From Rotaria socialis (Eukaryota), in NCBI GenBank assembly GCA_905331295.1, contig CAJNYD010000065.1:1-64000 (forward strand): DNA of 64,000 bases, in the 5' to 3' direction. The position numbers and the translations under genes were made by a program. Position 1 is the first letter of the stretch, and every line of letters begins with the position of its first letter. Below the pieces are notes generated by a model that was not told the origin of the DNA, did no database searches, and was given only the letters and a program-made list of their open reading frames with translations. Shown here one piece after another: positions 52,673-64,000 of this stretch.

Positions 52673-53257
52673 AGTCTAAAATATGGTATTAAGAAGGAAC
52701 ATATTATTATTTTGTTTTCTATTAGGCCAAACTCATGATGATTGTTTTTATGGCTAGACTGTGCGTCATATCAATTTTCTCAATACGAATTTTATGAAGG
52801 AGAAAAACGAGAACAAAAAAGCTTCAAAGCACTCATCTGTTTTTCCTGGAACGCATGTTCTTTTTTCTGTGTTTAGCTTTAGAACCTTTTTCGCTATTGG
52901 GATTCACAATCTGTCTCTCCTGACTCTTTTTACCTAGTTTCATTCAGTTAAAACAGAAACATAACATTGACGTCCTCTGAATAATTCCTATGTTCATTAT
53001 ATTATCAACGATGATGAGACAACTGCAGTCTGTTTTTGATCATCTGTTCTTACCATAGAGATAAGTCTCGTGGGCAATGATGAGCGATGATCGTTGCATG
53101 TCAGTGTTGTTGTTTTAGAACTAACATACAAGTTGTAACAACAATGTAGATACAGTGAAGGGGATATGTGTATAAAATAATACAGATAATTCAAAATTAA
53201 CCGATAATATCCTAATGGTATTAAGAAACATATTGATATCATATTAATAATATGAAC

Positions 53258-53465
53258 CAGTGGAAGGGGAGTCACTGAGACTCATAAGGGTTGAGTCTCA
53301 CCTAGATTTCGCAAGGAGGCTCAGCCTCACTTGCTTTTGTACTGGTTATTGCTATTTTTACTGAAGTAAAATAAAAAAACACTCATTTTCTGCTTGATGC
53401 TTTCATAAAATTCCACATTAGAAAAAAATATTATGAGTCTCATGTAGCTTAGTGACGCTCCGCTG
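53258..53465. mobile_element. Degenerate MITE
   Basis: cagtggaaggggagtcactgagactcat versus atgagtctcatgtagcttagtgacgctccgctg; repeated tgagactca/tgagtctca motif. Confidence 0.55.
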
Positions 53466-56400
53466 CCCCGATATAAACAATGAAATAAGAACATCGTTAG
53501 AAATATATTATGTCTTTCGTGTTATTCGATAAGAATGGTAAACTACAGTAATCAAGGAAGCTGTTAAAAAAGAAAAAAAAAGAAATGTATGAGGCGTAAA
53601 TTGTTAGCTAACAACCTTTTTTAATAGATATTTTCTTTCCGTTTGCTAGTTCTCTTCTTCTTCTTCTCTCTCTCTCTCTCTCTCTCTCTGTCGAGTGCTC
53701 TTCTATGCGCTTTTGCTTTATACATCGATTATCGTCTCGAAGTTTTCTTCTAAATGTTTTCCTTTTCTATTTTAAATAAAAGCTAAGGCATCATAAAAAA
53801 TGTTTCGAAAGTGTAAATGTAGCAAGATTATTCATAACTGCATGGCTAGATTGCTTCGAAGAATAATGACATGTTCAAAATTAACAATACCATGTTATTT
53901 GTACTAATACGTGCTTGATTCTAGTATTGATAGACCTATTTTATCGTTTTCCATCAATATATCATAGCAAAGAAACGAATAGGACAGTTAGATCTTGATC
54001 GAAGTTTTTTAGAAACAAACGACAACATCAATTTTCTGAAATATCCAGAATATAAAATGGAACTTAATTTTGATGGTCATTATTAAATTGATTTGTTTCC
54101 TATAAACTGATTGATAAATTAAAATATTTTAACAATGAATAAAAAGAATATTAAACATGTAGGTGTTTTATTTACGTTTATTTTACTTATTAATTTAAGG
54201 ATAAGAAAATCCGGAAGTAAGATATCAAACTGAAAATTTGAAAATCAATAGACTTTTTTTTATCGCAATCAACTTGCTCTATACATCTGTTTTTTTAAGC
54301 TGCAAACTATTATTGAAGTAAACATGAAAGTGACAATATATGCCACGAGACTTTTCATGACATAGCATAAAAAAAGCTCTCATGTTTCATGTCATAGTTA
54401 AGAAACGTGTGTTTTGTCTGATGATATTTTTGTTTTAGCTAAATTTAATACCACTAAAACATGTTTTCAAATAATATACACCAAGGGCAACCGTTTCGAT
54501 CTGTTTTCAAATCATTCAAAGGAAACGAGACCATTATTTACATTAAACAGTATAATTATTATCTTAGTAACATTTTAAAACCAGTTATATGTTGAAAGAG
54601 ACTAGCACAAATCAATCTATCCTTATTTTTCCTGTGCTTTTCCGTCTATATATAGATGTTGTGCGTGTAAGCTGTTAATGCTTCTTATTGCAATTAAACG
54701 TTTGATCTTGGCGATATATACTGGGCAAAAACAAGTCGAGGGCATAGGTTACTTCAGTTATTTGATGAGCTATACAATAATATAACCTGATTCATGCTAA
54801 AATGTCAACATCTGTTTTCTTTATTCGATTTGGCTTCTCTGGATAATATATCGAGCACTAAGGTCGTATAAGAAAACGAGGGTTAATTGAATAATGTTCA
54901 TGAGCATGAAAAAAAATGAACATGATAGTGTTGCTACTATGTTTTACAAGAATAAAATAAAATTCAAGTTCAAAGGAGATTTTTAATTGAAATTATATAT
55001 ATATATATTAATATTTAGAACGATTAAAGTTACAGAATGTGTTCAATAATCTTCACTAAATATCTATTAAACTACTTATTATTGTCTTCGAGAACAAATG
55101 AACTAAAAATCTAGAGAAAATATCGAGGCGAATGAAAATATTTTTTGTTTTAAAAAAAACGTATCTAGTCTCTTAGAAATCATGAAAATTGTCTGTTCGA
55201 CATTCTCAGATAGTTTTGACAGTTTCTATTAAATATTCTGTAACACTTATAGTGAGAAGAAGAAAAAAAACAAAAAAACATCAACAAAAAGACACAGCTA
55301 AATAGTTTATCAGTGCTATATAGCATGGCAAATAGAATGTGGTTGAAAATTTTTCTTCGCAATACATGATCATTTATATATGATCTTTAAGTACAATAAA
55401 TTTCCATCATTAAAAAACTAGTTAAATCAATAGTCTTGTTTTTTTTATCTTAGTTATAAATAGATTTAATTTATATAAACAAATCTGTTATCTGCAGTTG
55501 TCATCTGCAGTTACAATCAAGCTACTTAAACCAGAAGCTAATTATTTATTTCAAATGATTCGTCTCTATTGCAAAGGCAATTCTTATTTTCTATAACACA
55601 TTACTTCATCGGACTTCGTAATAGTCGGGCACAGTAGATTTCAATAGTTCATAGGTGAATTATTTGTTATTTCTCTACCAACTCCGTAATTTGAAGTAAA
55701 ATAAAACAGAAGTTGATAATACAAAAATTGATTACTTACTAAGCATCTGTCGAAAAATTAGTTAAAAATTCTATTAGTAGAAAATGCTTGTTGCAATGTC
55801 ATGCTTAGTATGTAATATTTAGAAAAACGATATCACTTTGTTTTTAAGTGCTAAATATGCGTTCAAGGCTTTCTCAATATATTGCCAGATAGTTCTTTTC
55901 AACTCAATAAAGTTCAATGAAGAAAACAACAGCGTGTTACTGAATACTTAAAAGCAAATAGTTCTTTGCTACTCTTCATCTTCATGATTGTATTTAGTTG
56001 GTAAGTAAAAATTAAATGAATATGAGAAAATAGATATTAGTTTGTAGGTGAGAATTTCATAAATAAATCATCATTATCAAATTACTGCCTTCCAGCAGAG
56101 AATAAGTTTATTAAAGCGTGAATCAAATTTTCAGACGGGCAACTATTAACAGTGTCTTTGTTAATCTTTTATAGCATTTAGAGAGGATGTAAAAGTATTA
56201 ACACTATTGTACATTAAAATTACATTTCGATCCTGCTTCATCGAAGAAAAACACTATCGTCGGGAAATATGAAATATGATCTACCGGAATTGTTTGTCTT
56301 TTTTCTTTATGATTTGTATGTGTTCGTCTACAATCAACACAATTAGCTATATGAGTGTTGCTTCCGGTTACATACATATACATGTGGTAATGTCAATATT

Positions 56401-57307
56401 GCTTTTTTTTTATGCTACTGTGCTCGTCTCCGTTCGCCTATTATTTATTGGAAATCCTTTCATAATCCTATAATCATAATCTTTCGAAATAAACATCAAA
56501 CGATCAACACATATATTATTACTTAGATTAGTAAATTTCAATGGAATATCTCACAAAATCTATTATGATAATAAGTGTTCGTACGGACAGAAGCTAGATA
56601 TTTCGGAGTTCATCAGAGGCTGAACGGCCTATGAAATTAATTATTAAAACAGACTGTTTGAAATGTATGCTTACATCTGTAATAATAGAACATGTTATCT
56701 GTTTTATTGGGGATTATCTATTTGCCTAAAAGTACAATAAATAGTATTTTCAAAATAAGCAAGTAGTTCACCTTGTTTTAATCAATGATTGCTTCATAGA
56801 ATGATGCCTAAAATGGGAAATTTTGTGATTTTCTGTTTTAACACTGTTTCAAATTTGTTTTGAGTCTAATCTGGAAATAAAACAGTACAACGTATGGTGC
56901 AAAAAAATATTCTATTCGATTCTTTTGGTTATAAAGACATATTACAAAATCGATGAACTAGAAAAGTTTACAAAAAATAATGCCAAATCATTAGCTATAC
57001 TGTTCAGTATATAGAAACAGTTGTTATTTTTTTATGAATATGCTGTAAATCATTCTATTAGCTCAGTTTTCTGTAATTCAATTTTAGAATAGTTCTGTTG
57101 ATAGAAGATCGGGGTTTTTATTCGCATTTAATTTGTGACTGTTTGATGATATGGTTAACATGTTCCTTTAGACAGATTTTATTTTAAAAGCTACGGAAAC
57201 TTTTATTTTTATTTTTAATTTAATTCTCATTTTCGTTTGCAGGCAGATGATACAAGTATGTACCTCTTTATTTTTCTCAACGTGGTATAAATGTTCACGT
57301 ATTTATG

Positions 57308-57740
57308 GGTAACTGGACAATTCGTCGCGTACATGTTTATTCTAATTTAATTAAGGGAGACTAATGAGAATGTAGAATAATTGATATAGATAATTGTATG
57401 AATAGTGACAAGAAATGTCTTCTGTTACTGAGGAGAATTATTTTATATTTATTTTTAAAATTAATGGGTTTTTTCTGATTTTCCAAAAATCCTATTAGAT
57501 TATTTATTTTTTCCTTGAGATTCATAACTCAGTCTACGAAATTCGTGGGCTTATTCAATTAATTGACCATAGTCTACTTGATTCAATTACATCAAGCAAC
57601 ACGTCATATTCACTTTCATTAAGTTACATTGCGACCAATTGTCTTGCGACGAATTGTCCGACGACGAATTGTCTGTGCGACGAATTGTCTGCAACGAATT
57701 GTCCGCGACGAATTGTCTCGCGACGAATTGACCTAGTACC
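57308..57740. mobile_element. Non-autonomous Mutator-like element with an asymmetric subterminal repeat array
   Basis: TIRs ggtaactggacaattcgtcgcg / cgcgacgaattgacctagtacc; perfect 9-bp TSD gtatttatg; about 7 tandem gcgacgaattgtc units at 57631-57730. Confidence 0.9.
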
Positions 57741-60016
57741 GTATTTATGTAACTAGCAGTAGCTTTCGCCGCTTCAATATCGGAAAATAGTATTCGAAAT
57801 TATTTCTCATGAGCAAGTGGTATAAAATTACAAATTCCTATGATGTTTAATATTTAACAATAGGCAATTGTCTTTCTACGACAGTGAATATGTAAACGAC
57901 AAAGTGTGTTCTTCTTCTAGGCTGCAAATAGCTCAAGAAATTCTAATAATATAATTTGTACTTTTGCAAAGCAAATGTGAACAGGCTTTCATAAAAGCTA
58001 CTGTTAGACAAAATTCTGTTTGCACTGTGTTTATGTTGTATCGACTAAGACTCATATAAATTAAACCAGTAGATTTTAATTGAAAATACACTAGTACATT
58101 CCGAAGAACTCATAGTGTTGATTAGTATTCAATTTAAAATAAACATAATTTAATACCAATACACTGTATAACATTGGTTGATTGTCTTTTTCTTTTTCTT
58201 TTTTTATAGAAAAATTTTGATCTTTTCAAAAACATATTTCAAACTACCTGCGATCTCAATTTTGCCGAATAAATACATATGTATATGCCGTTAATTGTTC
58301 ATTGAATGATAAATTAAACGAAACATTAAGTTACTCACATCGGGTGCATAAATTGGAATCCTGGCTGTACGTTGCACCCGTTTGATACTTTGATCCTCGA
58401 TTCCAGTGGTGGGAGAAAAATGAGCAAAATAATAGTTATTAAAGAACTAGTCCTCACACAAAGCATATTTGATGGGGCTCATCATATAGAGAATAACTGT
58501 AAAGAATACTTTTCTTAGTCGCAAACATAAATGGCTTTTCTAATACGACGTTCGCCGAATTGATAATTGCCGCTTCGGCACTCACACGCGAATGGGATGT
58601 CATTGAAGCTTTAATTGGTACTCGAAGTTTTTCATCCCTACCACTTACTAAGAATCTTTCACATCATAGACAATATGTGTATATCATAATGATTCTCTTT
58701 CGCGCATGAAGATTGAATGTACTGAATATTTACTTGTACTTTACATTGTCTGATTGTATCGTTCATATGGCAATGTCGGAGTAGTTTGAATTAAAAGAAT
58801 GACAAATTTATCATTATGAACTAGAATCCACTCATTCTCTGGGAGAAGAATAATACATCTTTTTCAATCAAAAAATACAATTGATTTCGCCTATCGTCAC
58901 TCTTCTTTATTTGTTTGTTGTACTATAGACGAAATATATATATATATAGATATTGAGATTTCATATACCGTAAACTTTTCCATTATACGGATCGCTTCGG
59001 ATATTTGCAATTACTTAACACATGGTTCTGATTTGATAGCAGCGACGCTTGTATATCATATAAAGTAATGTAATCCGAATCGATATTAATAAGATTTATT
59101 TGCTGTATTATGATTAAGGTTGTGCTCAACTTCAAATATCATAAACGATTAGTCGTATATATCATCGATTTCTACAAAAACTAATCTTAATGATGTACCT
59201 AACAATCGAACTCTCCCTCGCATTATTATATTGCTTTTTTAATATTCAACAACCATAATGACATGTCTGAATAACTTCGCTGACAATTGACGAGATAAGT
59301 ACACGTTTGAAAATGCCACTATATACAGGATGCCATCATGTCTGTTGAGTATTAGAACGAAAATAAGATATAATCATAAGAAAACTTGAGTACTTAACAT
59401 ATGACAGCTATATAATTGTTCCCACACTAATTCTATTTCTACTGGTAACACTTTTAGCTGTAAAATTTGGTTGTGAAAAACATTAGTAGTATGACTCAAT
59501 TATGACTGTGACAATAAATTTACTTGAATAAGATTTTATTTCGTACTTGATGATAGTTCAACAAGAGTGAGTTTCACAGGATATGTGTCAGATCTATAGG
59601 TCAATACGCTTGTCGTATTAGCTCACATTATTAGAACTCTTATGGTGGCATGTTGAAAGGAAAAGAAAACGACAGGCAATGCCTAAATCATCCATCAGCA
59701 AGTTAAAAGTCAAACGAAGTTGCTATGACATGGAGCTGATTGAAAATAAATAATATAACAAGGGATTTATCTTATTCTTTACTAACAATGCCATTGTAAT
59801 ATGAAGAAAATTTATTAATAAATCGTAATTTCTCTCGATTGAGTAATTTTCTATGGGTGCTATTTCTGGTTAAATTCTTTTGTTGATCCATCCACATCAA
59901 AATGAATCATTTTTGTTTTGATGCAACACTAATAAGCAATAAAAGACAAACATATTTCTTTCCGTTAACTTTTGCAAGTAGTTGATAAATATCGGCATAA
60001 CACCGTTTCTAACACA

Positions 60017-61168
60017 ATGGTTATTATTCGTGCCAAAGTCAAAAATTGTTCTTGTTGCGGAACAGCATCACCTCAAAAAGAAATTCTGTCGTGCACAATA
60101 TTTCGTCAGCCTGATCTTGATATGAGGTGAGATGATTTGTACTTTTTTTAAGCAAGACTGAACCTCATATACGAATTTTACTAATATCAATAGACCACCA
60201 CCAATGCAACGTCAGACAATGGCTGCTTGGATTGAATATTGCTCTCATTGTGGGTATTGTAGTGACAACATAGACGATCAGAACGGAGTGACATCAAGAG
60301 AAAAAGAAAGAGCATCTAATAAATGCAATCATTTCTATTTTTATTTATTTTAGACGACGCGCAAAAACATTATCGAGTCACCAGACTATCAAGCACAGCT
60401 ATCTTCCAATGAGTATCCAGAATTAGCAAATCGATTCCTTTGTTATTCAATTCTATTGGGTAAGATTTTTGACGGTTATTACAATCGTCATTTGACCTGT
60501 TGAAATTTTTGTTGAATAATATTCAATAGCTTCCTTTCAATAAATGATATTTATAATCATGTAGCTTGTATATTTGCTAAATTAAAATAGATTACTACTG
60601 TAGTGAAGAAAAAAAATGAAAATAGACTAGAACAGTGCTGCCTTGATTATCATAATAATCCAGTTCTATTTGTTTTACCACTGTAGAAAATGAAAATAGC
60701 TTAGCAGAAGCTGCGTGGCAAACACTTCGAGCTGCTTGGACTTGTGATGATGCCAATAATCAACAAGGAGCAGTTCGTAGTTGCCTGCGCGCTGTTAATT
60801 AATCGAAGATTCTCGCTCAGCTAACTTGGAGTTTAGTAGCCAACTTGGTCTCGATCGATGCATTCAAGCTGATGCATTACGACGCGCAGGAGAATTTCAA
60901 CGTGCTAAAGAATTCCTTCAACATCAACAGGTAAGCTTCTAAATAACATTGAATTGATTCAAATGCATTTGTACAATTGGCAGGGTGGAGAAGAAAGAAT
61001 CAAGATTTGGTTTAAATTTCAACTTCATTTAATTGAATCGAACGATACAAGTGAGAAGAAAAAAATACATATTCATAGCTTCATTGTGTTTTTGTAATGA
61101 CTAATTTGTTTAAAGGATGCTACACAATTACAGATGCTCAAAAGTATCATGATCTTCACATAGAATAA
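60017..61168 (+). pseudogene. Six-exon gene for a prokaryote-type DUF2225-like protein (two CxxC pairs plus helical domain) with an apparent 1-nt frameshift
   Basis: Spliced translation: MVIIRAKVKNCSCCG...QPDLDMRPPPMQRQTMAAWIEYCSHCGYCS...IIESPDYQAQLSSNEYPELANRFLCYSILL...AAWQTLRAAWTCDD...[frameshift ~60800]...IQADALRRAGEFQRAKE...FQLHLIESNDTRCYTITDAQ; intron phases are mutually consistent. Confidence 0.75.
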
Positions 61169-61610
61169 GCAATGATTCGATCCGAAAACTAAACTATATC
61201 TATTATTTGCGCCGTGATATTCTCTATATTTACACGTGCTTCATTCTTATTAAAAGCAATTTAAAAATAAAATTCTCATTCTACTTGATTAAGTTCTTGA
61301 AAGATATATTCATTTTAATCATTTTTTTGTGAATGAGTGTGTCATATGTTGTTGTTATTAATCATTTTTCTCATATGAATACATGAACGTTTTTTTCATT
61401 TAATATACTATTATTTAAAAAGTAATCTCAGCAATTTAGGTGTATATGAAAGCTAAAACAGCATGAAATTATTCTTGTAGACAATAGAAAAAAAGAATAT
61501 ATTTTTTATTGATGGAAATTCTCTCATTAACAACTATAATTGAAGCCTTTTTTATTTCTTCTTTTTCATAAAAAAAAACCTGTAGCGATAAACTTGAAAT
61601 TTGAATGTGT

Positions 61611-63319
61611 CTAATCTTCGTCATCATCATCTTCGCTTTCTGCATTTTGTAACCATTCAACAAATTGTTGAAGTTTATCATAGTAAACTTTTTCTTCTGG
61701 TTTTACTTCTAGTTGATTAGTTTTTATTTTTTCCTGTTTATTTTTATACCATAATAGAATCCATTGCTCACTAATAACATCATTTTCATATAGATAATTC
61801 AATATATTCAAAATGCGTTCACCAATGGGTTGAATATATTTCAAACAAATTAAATCTAATTCATTTAATAGTAATACTTGTTCGGATTCATTTGTTATTT
61901 TCATATAATTTTTTATAATAAATTGTGATATTTGATCTAATGTCAATTTTAATGTATTCCAATACGTTGTTTTTTCTGGATTAGCAATTTTCCTTTCAAG
62001 TGGTAATAAAAATACAGCATGTACTATTGATTGATCAAATTCAGTTGGCGATACAGCATACGTAGGTTTTAACATATTTAGTTCAACAATAATATTTTCA
62101 ATATTAAGTTTTTGTATATAAGCACGTTCTAATGTACGAATGATTTCTTGTTGAAATTCATTAATTTCATTTCCTTCATCTGATGAATTATCGTCTGATG
62201 AAGAATCTTTATTGTCATCATCATTTTCTGATGTTTCATCTCCGGTTTGACTATCGATTGACTGATCAGTAGTTCGTTTCGACATCGATTGACAATATTG
62301 TTTACTTTTAATCGCATCTCCATCATCATCATGTAATATATCTTTATTTTCAATAGGTTTTATACGATACCCCCAAGCATTGAATGCATTCAACTCATTT
62401 TTATCATTATCATCATCTTCATCATCATCGTCGTCGTCGTCGTCTGTGAGCTCAAAAGCTTTTGTTTGATCATCATATGTCGAAGCGAAAATAAGTTCTC
62501 GACCTAAACCATCAGCACCAACTAAATCACTATTTGATGTTACTGTTTCTTCCATACTGGAACTAACGGATTTTTCCGAAAAAGATTTTTCTGATAATCG
62601 TGTTGAACTCGATCGTTGTTTAGAACTCGAACGTTTAACATTCTTTGATGGCATTGGAATATCATCATCAATTTCGATTTCATCAACGACACTTGCCGAT
62701 GTTACGGAGTTCGATGCAATAATAGTCATACGTTCATTTAAATGAACATTAGTACCAATAATAACATTTTTACAAAGAATACATTGTTGATCTATTTGCA
62801 CATTATTACGAATAAGTACATTATCGCATATAATAGAATTTTTGATTAAACAGTTTTCACCTATTTGTACATGATTCCATATGATTGAATTTTCAATTTT
62901 TGTATTTTTACCAATAGTACAATTTTGGCCTATGACTGATGAACGTAAACATACACCAGATAGAATTTGAGATTTATAACCAATAAAAACATCTTGCTGA
63001 ATATTTGATAAACGATCTAATTGTATATCACCTTGTTTATATATATTGTGTCTATCGTAGGTGATTCGATACCATTGATTGTAAATTGATAAATATGAAT
63101 CATTTAACTTTAATGGAGGCGATGAAGGATTTGCAACTATTGATGGTGTTTGTGAATGTTTTGCTCCTATGGTTTCAGGTACAAGCGGATATAACCATCG
63201 ACGAAGAATATCAAATGTTGCTTTCATATATAAACGTAAATTATGCACGGGAAGGAAATAACCTTTTTCATATAAATATGAATAAATTGTCTGATTCGCG
63301 ACTTCATCGCGTAAAACAC
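61611..63319 (-). CDS. EIF2B5: Translation initiation factor eIF2B epsilon, terminal exon (upstream exons not identified in the window)
   Basis: DILRRWLYPLVP, hexapeptide left-handed beta-helix (SVIGQNCTIGKNTKIENSIIW), DLVGADGLG, and W2 domain (LYENDVISEQWILLWY...FVEWLQNAESEDD); acceptor AG at 63320-63321. Confidence 0.95.
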
Positions 63320-64000
63320 CTATTAGAGAAAATGCATATTGTAATGAAAGATCTAATTAGAAATGGCTTCGAGGTCAATAAACAATTCTAATCTATGAAA
63401 GATTTTTTCTTTTAATATTGCTATAGGTGTGCATGACAATATTATACCTATATTCGAGTTCCATCTAAGACATCATGATAGAAAATAAAAGTAAGCTATT
63501 ATTATCATAAAATTAGTAAGAAAAATCGATGAGAAATTCTCTTTTTAAAATGATTTTGTAGACTAGTAAATAAATTACAACATGATGATGATGATGAAGA
63601 TTATCTCGAGTTATTCATATTATTTTATTTTCCTAGAAGTTAACAATATTTTTATATTGGTTATCTCAATGGATTCTTTATGTGATCATTCGTTGTTTCT
63701 CTTCAGTGTCATAGAATACGGTCTAACTTGATTGATTTACTTCCGAGTTGTACCTATAAATGAGCTAGTAGTTATTCGAAATATTCGATGCATTTCAGAA
63801 TCTACCAGAAAAAATATCAGCTCGTAAGTATTTGTACTCTAATCTAAAAAATAGTTCAGCCTATCTGTCTTACGCAAACTTGACGTTTTATTAGAAACAT
63901 CTGTTTCTTCGCGAACATCCGAACAAATAAAAATATAATTTATGCTTAAATCTTGAAGGATTCTTATTTTTCAGTTAAAACGATAATAGTTACCTTTAAC

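Noticed and set aside
57631..57730. Regularly spaced short repeats suggesting a CRISPR array
   Set aside because: Spacers are only 2-4 nt, the array lies inside a TIR/TSD-bounded transposon, the context is eukaryotic and there are no cas genes.
55900..58260. Scattered splice-like signals on + (GTAAG ~56001, a 13-nt exon-like piece 57243-57255, an acceptor at 57920)
   Set aside because: Could not be assembled into an open reading frame; a decayed or non-coding gene is possible but unsupported.
58335..58800. Relatively GC-rich, coding-like segment on the minus strand ending at a GTGAGT donor
   Set aside because: Frames are interrupted by stops and no family was recognised; at most an unidentified pseudogene fragment.

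Overview
AT-rich, intron-rich eukaryotic (animal) genomic DNA with three assembly gaps (1315-1608, 31933-32079, 49147-49278). The short GT-AG introns (about 50-70 nt), tight gene packing, many MITEs, divergent peptide-type GPCRs and a bacterial-type gene with introns are consistent with a bdelloid rotifer (inference, not verified). Contents in order: a decayed Ty3/gypsy LTR retrotransposon in two opposed pieces (integrase plus 3' LTR on +; 5' LTR, PBS, gag, protease and partial RT on -, with an intact -1 frameshift signal); a BTB protein; XRCC1; PUF60; PDSS2; an unknown coiled-coil gene; a claudin-like gene; a TBATA/SPATIAL-like gene; a non-alpha Cys-loop channel; a nested cluster of DNA transposon remnants; two class A GPCRs; a claudin with an 8x F[IV]R[HKR] tail; SSR2; FLCN; several MITEs/MULEs; and the 3' part of EIF2B5. 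Most notable: (1) a six-exon gene at 60017-61168, absent from the ORF track, that resembles a prokaryotic DUF2225-like zinc-ribbon/helical protein (candidate horizontal transfer that gained introns, now with a 1-nt frameshift); (2) the repeat-tailed claudin with a tandem splice acceptor; (3) an operon-like XRCC1-PUF60-PDSS2 cluster with candidate trans-splice acceptors. All identifications are by eye from remembered motifs; no searches were run.
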